A stretch of 63,950 nt of DNA, filler included, from Raillietiella orientalis (taxonomy: Eukaryota): the NCBI GenBank assembly GCA_036172245.1. It is 6 parts of 6 records of this genome, joined end to end, with 100 filler letters (N's around TTAATTAATTAA, not from the genome) between each part and the next. Parts side by side here need not be neighbours in the genome. Positions count along the whole stretch, not along the records: positions 12,324 to 24,523 come from JAYWIR010000263.1; 5 more parts are not named here. One strand, written 5' to 3'. Numbering within the stretch: the first letter of the stretch is position 1; each line of letters starts with the position of its first letter. The notes beneath the pieces were generated by a model. The model was given only the letters and a program-made list of their open reading frames with translations, searched no databases and was not told the DNA's origin. Made by a program: the position numbers and the translations under genes. This document shows, in pieces, positions 12,494 through 22,175 of the stretch.

Positions 12494-14227
12494 ATGAAGG
12501 CACCTATAGGAGGAGTAGAGAGACCGTGGTCCCCCATGGAAGCCATGGATGTAACGTGCGGCAACGGCGAGGCGGTGGCAGGCATGCCGAGGATCGCGCC
12601 CGCGGCGGGCTTTGCTGCGCCGGCGGCGGCGATGCCAAGGGTCGTGCCCGCGGCGGGGAAGGTCGCGCCTGCGGGGGCGATGTCGAGGGTGCCGCCCGCG
12701 GCGGCAACGCTAACGACGTCGAGGGTTGCGCTCGCGGCGGCGGCGTCCCAGGCAGGACCCGCGGGCGTCCACGCGGTTCAGGGCGAGACGCCATCTTGTT
12801 CGGCTGCGGAGGCGCAGCCCTTTTCCTATGCGTCGGTGGCGGCTGGACAAGCGAGTGTCCACCCACCAATAAAATTCGGGAAGCCGCTATGCGGCAAAGT
12901 CCAAAAGGTGGATCGGACGATCGTGGAGTTAAAGCCGAATGTGGAGTCCATAATTTTCAAGACTGGGCTGATCAAATTTAATAATATCAGGGAGGTGTAT
13001 CTGTCCCTCGATAAAACGGATATTAATTTTGATCGCATACAGGCGATCATACCGCCAAATAACGGGTTCACAGTCTTCACAGGCTGTGAAAATATTAGAG
13101 AGCGATTGATCCAGAAGGGGATCAATATACAAGGGAGGATGGTTTGTGGTATTAGCGAAATGCCATACACAACCGTCTTTCTGAACGACATCTACATCCT
13201 CACACCGCAACTAACGGTGTGGAACTTTTTGGAGCAGTATGGGGAAGTTCTGGACCTTGAATTCCAGAACTTTTCTGAAAATATATTTTCTGGAGACATG
13301 ATCGCCAAAATGAAGTTGAAAGAGGGAGCTGTGATCCCTGGATTAGCCGTTCTTCACGAACAATCCCAGGGAGTGAACGTGCGTTACCGGCAACAGCCGA
13401 TATTCTGCACCGAATGCAAGCAGTTCGGCCACAGGGCCGGCTCTTGCCCAACGTCTCATTGTTTCCGCTGCGGCAAAGTAGGACATCAAGTCCGAAACTG
13501 CCCGCAGCCGGAGGTGTGCTCCTTCTGCAAGAAACACGGACATGCGAAATAAAGCTGTCCGCAGTTTGCAAACTGCAGAAGGATTCGAGGTCTCTCTTTC
13601 GTGAGAGAGAGAAACAATAAGGAGGCGGAACAGCCTCAGAAGGCAGGAAGGCCGAAGAAGGTGAAAGAAGCCGTCATGTTATCGGAACACGGCTTCATAC
13701 AGGTAGGGAAGAAAGAAAAGAGGAGGATGCTCGTCAAGGAGCAAGAAGCTTCTCTTATCCTGAAAGGTGAAGAGCAAGAAGGCGAGAAGATGGAGGTAGC
13801 GCAGGAAGGTGCGGAAGAAGAAATAGCCGAAGCCACTCCGGTGTCGCAGGAGGCCCTGCGATCTACGGAGGAGCTGGCATCACTGGCTGATGAAGTCCTA
13901 GAGGTGCTGAGCGGTCCCCAGCAAGAGAAAATCTTGCATAAAATCTGCAATGCACAGGAGGAGGTCAACCAGGTTGTGGAGATCACCGAGCGAGAGAAGC
14001 TAGAGCAACAGCTTCTCGACGTAAAGGCGAACTTCTGCGCCAAGGTCCAGATAGAGACGCTATCTCGAAAATTGATCGCGCGGGCCGATCACTCGACGCA
14101 GGAGGCGGAAGTAACCGAACACACCGGAACAGAGAGTGACGCCGGCAGCGAGAAGCCCGCTGCTTTTTCATTGTCTGGAAGAGCACGCTCTCTCTGACAG
14201 AAGAAGCTCAGGAAGGCTAAGAAATAG
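12494..14227 (+). pseudogene. A1 ORF1, gag-like nucleic-acid-binding protein with three CCHC knuckles
   Basis: CTECKQFGHRAGSC, CFRCGKVGHQVRNC, CSFCKKHGHAK*SC; premature stops at 13550-13552 and 14195-14197 are sense codons in copy A2; true stop TAG at 14225-14227. Confidence 0.88.
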
Positions 14228-14240
14228 GTCTTCCCCTTTT

Positions 14241-17200
14241 ATGACCTCTTCCCTATCGACCGCCAGGAGGCTGAACATCGCCTTCTGGAATGTAAACGGT
14301 GTGGTCGACCAGGGAAAAAGAAAAAGGATTGTGCGGACCATCGCACAACAAGACATAGTGTGCCTGCAGGAGACCCACAAGATGGGTCTCAATATTAGTC
14401 AGCAAATGGAACGGCAATTCAACGGGCAGATGTTGGTCAGCGAGGGAGAACGGAACACGCAGGGTGTGGCGGTCCTAATCAAGAACAACTTGGCCCTTAC
14501 TATTCTGGAAGTGTTCTGTCCCCAACCCGGACGAATCATCGGCGTGCGACTGGCCTGTTCCGCAACTGTTCACCTTATCCTGGTGAACGTGTACGGGCCG
14601 CAAAGGCTAAAACATCGTTGTGCAGAGGCGCTGCATGCAGCACTCCGTGAAAAGGTCGCCCCCAACTACGTCGTGATTGCTGCTGGCGATCTCAACATAT
14701 TATATGAGATCACTCATTCCCAGGACGCCAGAGGAAGGACGGCGTATCGGCGGCTATCCGACGAGTTCGGAATGGTGTGGCGAAAAGCAAGTCACAAACC
14801 GAACGATCACGTACTCCACAGCACCGTACTAGGGAATCGCATTCAGGGTTTTCGAGACATTATGACCACGGTGTCCGATCACCTCCTCATTCGGTTTTAC
14901 CTAAGAATGGAGAATCCTCGGCAAAGGCAAGGCACCAGGGCTGCGCACATCAGCATGCCCGCTTGGTTCGAAACCCATCCCGGACATCAGGCTGTCCTGG
15001 AGACGATTCTGAAGGCAACAACAATCCGAAGAGTTGCCGACTGGGACAGCCTGAAACACAGGATACACCTGTTTGCAAACACGCAGTTCGGGGATAGGCG
15101 CTTGAAGCAGGAGGCGTATCGACAGCTGAACATCCAAGATCGCTCACTCTCAAAGTACCTCGATCAGTACGAGAGTCGGTACGTCTTCAAGAACATAAAA
15201 GGGGAACTCGGCGTTCTGGAGAAGAGAAATCTGGCAACAGATATTCTCTGCATCCAGTACGACGGTCAAAAGCGACAGTCGTCTGAGGACATCGTGGATG
15301 CCTTTCACAGGCATTACACGAAACAATTCAGGCGACAACATCTCTGTCGCTTTCGTCAACAGACCTTTCTGAGCTACCTCGAGAAGAGGACCGACGATCT
15401 CCAGCGGAACAGACTCGAGGAGGAATTCTCCGAAGACGTGGTGAAGACTGCGTTTGGTCAACTACGCAAGGACGTGGCAGCGGGCCCTGACAGCGTACCC
15501 ATCACTCACTATCAGCGGTACCTGCACGCCTACCTGCGCTTGTTCCACCAGTTGACCCTCTGCATCCGGGAAGAAGGCAGACTACCTCAGTCCTTCTACG
15601 AGAGTCGGATGAGATTGCTGCCGAAAGGAGGCGACTCTACCCAGATCGCCCAATGGAGGCCAATCTCGATCCTAAACTCCGATGCCAAGTGGTTGGCGAA
15701 GATCTGGTCCAACCGCTTAGGCAAGGTCATGTCGAGGCTGATCTCTCCGGTCCAGACATGTGCAGTCCCAGGACGACACATGTCGGACAATGTCAAGTGT
15801 GCCCAGGCCACTGTTGGACTCAGTCGATACGTCGGCGAGAACCTGGTGCTGGTGTTCACTGACATGGAGAAGGCCTTCGACTCCATCGACCACGGGATGC
15901 TGCTGAAGGTTCTGGAGAAGCTAGGGCTTCCGGAACACTTCAGCAACTTCGTGAGGGCGATACTCCAGAACCAGTACTGCCGGTTCAAGATCAACGGCCA
16001 GGAGACGGCAGCAATCCGGATGGAACAAGGAGTCCGGCAGGGCGCTTCGCTAAGTCCGATGCTGTTCGTCATCTTCATGGAGGCGTTGTCTTCCTTTATC
16101 GAGAAGAGCGTACGACAGCAAGGCATAACAATCGATGACCAGCGTCTTACCCATCTTGCATACGCTGATGATCTACTCTTCTTTATCAAGGGAGAGAGAA
16201 ATCAACGAGCGTTTCTGGATGTGGTAGACCTGATGGATCAAGGCCTGGGTCTAAAGATCTACGCCCAGAAAAGCCAGCTCTTGCCCCTTGCAATCCTCGA
16301 TCTCTCCGCTCTAGCGGGGAGAGGATTCCGAACGGTGGACAAGGCCAAGTACCTGGGTGTCTACATTTGCGACATCTCCGCGTCGAAGCTATTGTGGACC
16401 GAGATCCTAGAGAAAACGGCCAAGGAAGCAGCCAAGTACACCCGAACGGACCTTGGAATGAAGCGAAAGGCCAACATATGGAACGGAGTACTCCTTCCAA
16501 AAGTGCTCTTCGAAGCGGCCTTCGCAAGAATGAACAAGGACACAACAAGGGAGTTCGACAAGCTGCAGAGAAAAACACTGTGGGGCCACTATCGCCCAAG
16601 AGTCCGACTAAAACCCCTGTGTCGTCCCAGGGAAGAAGGCGGTTCCGGGATGAAGTCGCTTGCACACTTTATAGAAATCATGGATACGCGACACATCCTG
16701 GACATTGACACTAACTGGGATGACAGGCCGTATGCGGCGCACAGGGCCTACAGGTTGTTGTTGAACAACTCGGAAGGCCTGATGACAGCGCTGCTAGGCC
16801 GTGCCGGCGAATGGAAAAAAATCGACCCAAACTGGACGAGGAAGCAACAACTGGTGCGAAAGCACAAAATCAAGATCGTGCCGAGAAGTAGGGAACTCTG
16901 GCAGGACGAGTCCATCCTGGTGATCCCTTGGATGCTTCCTGTCCCGCCGGACACGAGAAGCTGGATCCACCAGCGGTCCAGAGTTACCCTTCAAGGAATC
17001 CAGGAGTGGAAACGAGGAGGGTACCTACATCACACTCGTATACTTAGGTATATAGAAATGATGTTAGGAAGGTTTACCCACATGACTCGCGAAGTTTGGT
17101 TCAACCACAACGACTTTGCGTGGTCCAGGGTAACCAAAACAAACCTTTGAAGACTAATTCAAGAAGAATACAGTGATAACAGTGCTCTCCAGGAAGCCGC

Positions 17201-17759
17201 CGATCGCTACGGGAATGACCGGATAAACCTGTTAGCGATTGGCACGACGCTCTGGAGGAGTGACCTTCCGCCGGGCAGCCAGGATGACCTCCTGATGTTT
17301 TATCATGGAGGAATCCAGAGTGGGTCCCGATTGCAGCACTACACCGGAAGAAGGGAAGCCCGAGACTGCGCAGCATGTGGACACACAGACATGAGACTTC
17401 ACGTCTTGACGTGTCCCACATTGCTGCATGACTGATTGATCCTGAAAAGGATCATCGGACTCACCACCAGGTCCGTAATGGAGATCCTCGCCGGGATGTT
17501 TCAGGGGGATGGTAATGTTCTCTGTTACAATCCCATGGTGAGGACGACCATCGCCCTCTTCATCACCGCCATACTTGTGTGGTGGTGGAAAATGAGGAAA
17601 GCCAGAAGAGCCGCACCACCGATGGAGATTCTACAAGGGCTCCTTAAGAGGGACATCGGCATTAGAAACTGTGGGAAAATCCATGCCTGGACGTACCGAT
17701 TCATCCTGAAGAGGATAGAAGACGACGCCCGGGACCAAACAGCAGGAAACCCACCATGA
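14241..17759 (+). pseudogene. A1 ORF2, APE endonuclease - reverse transcriptase - C-terminal zinc motif
   Basis: EN: WNVNG, LQETH, VNVYGP, GDLN, SDH; RT: WRPISILNSDAK, DMEKAFDSIDH, GVRQG..LSP.LF, YADD, KYLG; C-terminal CAACG...HVLTC; stops at 17148-17150 and 17433-17435 are sense codons in A3. Confidence 0.95.
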
Positions 17760-17902
17760 GTGCAGAACTTGTGAGAACCCAAGGACTTCATAGTGGTAAA
17801 AAAAAAAGTGCTAATGGTATGGATGAGATTGTAGTGTGAATGTTTTGTAGAAAAATTTTAGAGAAATGAATTCACCCCACCCCTCGTGGGACTTGAGGAA
17901 AG

Positions 17903-19275
17903 CTGCCGAGTCGGCGATGGGGCGACTGCATGCAGCGTGCTTTTGCTCGTCGCGACGCTGCTTTATTCGGCTTTCGTAGCCTTTGCAGAGGGGTCTGCGC
18001 TGCAGTGGGGCTGTCCGGAACTCGGAAGGGACAACAAAATGGGGCAAGAAGTCTTCGCACTGTTGCGATCTTCCTGTTTTTCTACCATTCCCTCTACGGT
18101 GTTACGGAGATTTCCTGGTTCCTGGCTCGGAGAGGTGCCTGCGAGTTCGGCAGCGAGGGAGAGCACGGCACGCGTCAAATTCTCGCGCAACTTTTTAATT
18201 GGCTTCCCCGCCGTGACTTTCCCCTTTCGGTGCGTTGCTGGCGGGGACACTTTCTTTTCATCCGCGGATCGCTCGTTGTTTTTTCCGAGTTTTTGCGGAC
18301 AACGTTTTTTATTTGCTGCTGCGACTTTTCGTGCAGTGGTCTCTTGAACCCGACGAATCTCCGCTGCGGCTCTTCATCTTGCAAGTACCGGGCACTTTTT
18401 GATTTCGTGCATGGAATCTTTGCAATAGCGGCATCTTGTAGAGGGGCACTCCTTAATTCGGTGCCCATCCTTGCCGCACTGCTCGCACGCGCGAGTCTGA
18501 GATATGAACCAAAGGTGAATGACCGTGCCGTTCACCTGCAGCTGCTCAGGCACAACACGCCTGTTCGCGACGGTGATCCGCGCGGAGGCTTGTCCGATGT
18601 GGACAGAGGAGAAATCCTTCAAAGAGTTCGGCCTCCTCCACAGGACGTGCACGGTGCCGATCTTCGCCAGCACGGTTACAACATCGCGGTCGGAGATTTC
18701 TGGTTCGATGTCGCACAATTGAACGACAAAAGAGTCGTCCATCGCGGTAGGTAGGACTTCCTTGCCATTGATGGTCAACGGCGTACGGAGAAGGCGCTGC
18801 ACAAATGCTGCGTTCTTCCACCGAATCTTCGTATATTCCATCCTGCCAGCAGGCATTATGGCAAGGAGTTCTTCCTCGCGAACGCCGATCCGGACGAGCT
18901 TATCATTGAGCTCACGACCGATTCTCATGTTAAGGGGCCCACTGACCTTATAACGGAGTGCAGGCATGTATCCTGATGACACATATGCCTGGAACTCCGC
19001 ATCGCAGGGTCCTGGTCTTTGGAAGGTAACGGCGGCGCAACTCCTTACCGGGGGGAGGAAACCATTACGGAGGATGCGGCCACTTCAAGTGCAGCTGAAG
19101 TGCATATAGTGGCTTGCTCCTCCACACTATCCTGTCTACTGGCCATGTTGCACTATGCTACTTGGTAGATTGCACAGGAACACAAAAGTGCGAGCGAAAA
19201 CGCAGGCACAAAGTTGCCTTATAGTTGGCGCGGATACACGCGGAAACCTGTCTGCACTGTACGAGCGCAGGAGAT
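17903..19275 (-). mobile_element. Family C non-LTR element copy C1: 5' UTR and 5' part of gag-like ORF1 (ATG 19146), interrupted by A1
   Basis: CEQCGKDGHRIKEC and CRYCKDSMHEIKKC knuckles; homologous to 60314-61688 and 48174-48916; in-frame stops at 18374 and 17963. Confidence 0.88.
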
Positions 19276-19278
19276 TTC

Positions 19279-21065
19279 TCACCCGGTCACGCCGGGGCGT
19301 TTATTCCATATAACATATTAAAAAAAAGCAATTGTACAAAATAAACCAGTTGGGAACCAAACTCCCAACCGACGACTGAACAAGAATGAAGAGAATATTG
19401 CTGGCACGCAGGCCAGAGTAACAGTTTTTTGAACGGTGTGGGGGGGCGGGAAACACAAAGAAACCAAAATAAAATAAAAACAATGAATAAGGAGGGCGGG
19501 ATAAGGGTCTTTGGGATCGCTCTGGAAGACACGGGGATAAAAGCATGGGCACGGGAAATTTTACCGAGCGAACGGGGACGGGGTATGGGTGGGCGAGAGG
19601 TCGCAGGGGTCACCGGATTACGCCGTTCTCAAAGGTGTGTAAACCGGCGATGTATGCCGGTGATGTCCTCATTCACCTTGTCACGAAGATGAGACCACCT
19701 TGAAGCCTTCTCCATGAATTGAGCTGCAAGCAGGTGAGCCTCCCTTCGCTGCGATGACAACTCCAGGGCGTAGCGGGCCTTCACGATGGCGCGAACGCAA
19801 CACATGGTTGCGACAATCGTGCCAACCGAAAGTCCATTTCTGCTGAAGAAGCGCCGCAGCACATCAATGGCAGTGCCTCCTTGTGGCATGATGGCCGAAG
19901 TGAGCCTTCGCCACAGTTCCCGGAGGTCACCGCAGTCCAGCAAAAGGTGCGGAAAAGACTCGAACTCTCCGCACCTTAAACAGTTTGGCAAAGCAGCTCC
20001 CCCGGAAACGATGCTTCCGTGCCTATTACAGTGAAATGCACAATGTAAAAAGAGCAGCACATCTTGTTTCCACTTAAGGGGGAACACGGAGCTGTCCAAA
20101 CAAACGGAGGTAACCACTATCTCTCCGGGGGGCACACTTAAATGTTCGCTCCACCGAAGCAGTCCCTTCGCCCGATTCCGAGGTGTGGCGGCTTGCACCA
20201 GCTCCTTTGTCGTCCAGCTGCCGAGGAGCTTACTGACTCTTGCTATTTTGCAGAACTCCCATTCCGCCGCTAGGCAACCGTCGTTGCTTGCTTTGATGGC
20301 AGACAGCGCTGCGGCGAGTGGTGTGGCGGCCAGACGTTCCGACAACTTCTTGTCCTGCATCACTTCGTCCATTTGATGACTGAGGAGAAGTCGCAGGCGT
20401 CGAAGATCTTCCGGGCGCGTTCCTTCGGAAGCTGCCCACGATGAAAAAGATTCCTGCCGCCATGCATTAATGTTCATGGGGTGGCAGGAGATCCAGCTTT
20501 GGGCTTCCAGCAGTGCGGACAGCTGCCTCAGCGGGAAGCCAAACCCTATTCTGGTGTGCCGAAAGTGGGGTAGCAAGGAAAGCAGTCCCTCGCTTCCCGT
20601 GCAGCGCCTCAGTATAAGGCGTGCGGGTAAGCACCACGGCGTACACCACAGCTTGGCACAGAGCCGCAGCATGCGAAACTGCACCTGCAGTTCGATGCTG
20701 TTTAAGTCGAGGATGCCCAAGCCTGCATCCTGACGCGGCGCCACCAAGTCTTTAAGTCTAACCCGGGATCTTGCAGCGCCCCACAACGCTTTGCGTGGAA
20801 GGCGCTGCGCCCAGACTTTGACTTCCTGGGAGGGTGGACAAACAAAAAACAGGGGGCGGAGGAGGGGGGCAACGAAGGTGTTCCAGATGCAGGCCCGTTC
20901 CGGCAAGACGAACTCGCCTCCTGAAAACGGGCCAAGTGCACGCTCTGCCTTCCGAAGGCAGTCCGACCACGCTTCTGAGATGCAGAAGTCGCCCAACGGC
21001 ACGCCAAGGTACCTGAGGTACCTGCCCGTGGGGATCCCCAGGTCGATCCAGTCGGACTGCCCCTT
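19279..21065 (-). mobile_element. Family B non-LTR element, 3' portion (end of RT, zinc motif, 3' UTR)
   Basis: ORF 19629-21002 with upstream RYLGVPL, DAGLG and CLRCGEFESFPHLLLDC; T-rich 3' UTR ending AATAAACGCCCCGGCGTGACCGGGTGA. Confidence 0.9.
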
Positions 21066-21362
21066 AGAAAGGCCAGTAGCGACCCCACGAGGAGATCGTT
21101 ACTATTGGCCTAGGACGATGGTAATCCTTGGGTTCTTCTTTTTCTTCTGTCTTCGCTGTTTTCCTTCCAGCTTTTGTTTTTTTTTTTTTTTTTTTTAAGA
21201 GTTTTCTTTTTTTTGGTTCGCTAAGTACCTCAGAGCCGGTCGCGTGCCTCGCGGCGCGCGTGGCTCTTTTTTTTTAACATTAACACACTGTTTTGTTTCC
21301 ACGCCTGTCCGCGGCAACCGCAGGGGGGGGCGTGTAATTCTTCAGTGTAAATATTCTTCAGG

Positions 21363-21974
21363 ATAGGGGGCACCCCGGGATGGGGTCCGCCCTATTGAAT
21401 CCAGGAAGGGCTCGGGAGTCCGTTCCTCTCACGCTTGGGGAGGGATCCCCCCCGGACGGGGGGAATCTCACCTCCCACCCTGGTTGTCTCCGAAGGGGAA
21501 CCCCGAAGGGAACTCTCCTTCCTCATTCTCTCCGGAGGGACACCCCCCCTCTTGCGGGGTGGTGGTCCTCTCCATTTCAACTTTTCCGAAGGGAACCCGG
21601 AAAGGATCCGCTTCTAGGAATTTCTTCTCCAGAGGGAACCCGCAAGGGAACCGCTCCTTTATTCACTCCTCTGAAGACAACCCCCACAGGGGTGCTTCCG
21701 AAACTCAGAAGGGGCGCTGCAGCTTCCCGCAGGGAATCGCTCTCGCTTAGCTTCTTTCCTTTGTACACACTCTGTGAAGAGGCGACGACTCGGAGGGACC
21801 CCCCAACAGGGAGGTCCGTTCCTTTGAACGACTGGAGAGGTGCCCGTGAGGGCTCCTGCTCCATCTTGAAACCGGAGGCGGTCCCCCCGGTGACGGGGGT
21901 CCACTCTCCTTTGCACACAGGAGGGGGAACTCCCCACTCCTTTATTCTTGGGAGGACCCGAAGGTCGACTCCCA
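21363..21974. repeat. Array of ~14 degenerate GC-rich stem-loops within a ~1.1-kb non-coding block (21066-22175)
   Basis: Repeated GGAG-GG..CCC-loop-GGG..CC-(R)-CTCC architecture every ~45 bp, with compensatory stem variants. Confidence 0.75.
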
Positions 21975-22175
21975 TTGTTCCGGCCTTCATCGGCTGGCCG
22001 CCGGCTTTATCCACCGCCGGGGCCACGCCCGAATGTCTCGGCCAACCAGCGCCGTTCAGGAGAAACTCGGAACCCAAACGACGCAATGGCATCAAGTTAT
22101 CTGCCCAAGTATTCGAACCCGCGACGCATGGTGCCACTCGCGGAAGCCTTAACCACAAAGCCTCCGACGCGGCTG

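Larger units (their letters stand above)
12325..17902 (+). mobile_element. Family A L1/Tx1-type non-LTR retrotransposon, copy A1 (essentially full length, inactivated by stops)
   Basis: ORF1 + ORF2 + short 3' UTR; collinear with copy A2 (48917-54545); 3' end abuts target motif CTGCCGAGTCGG (17903-17914). Confidence 0.95.

Noticed and set aside
17798..17807. A10 run as the poly(A) tail of family A
   Set aside because: A homology continues ~95 bp further to the TSD in all three copies, so the run is internal to the 3' UTR.
17903..19275. Family A carrying a third, antisense gag-like ORF at its 3' end (convergent three-ORF element)
   Set aside because: The TSD around A2 and the in-frame continuation at 54546 show this ORF is the interrupted ORF1 of a separate family C element.
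21363..21974. CRISPR array or bacterial intrinsic terminators
   Set aside because: Units are not identical in sequence or length, there are no cas genes and the context is eukaryotic; kept only as a structured-repeat finding.
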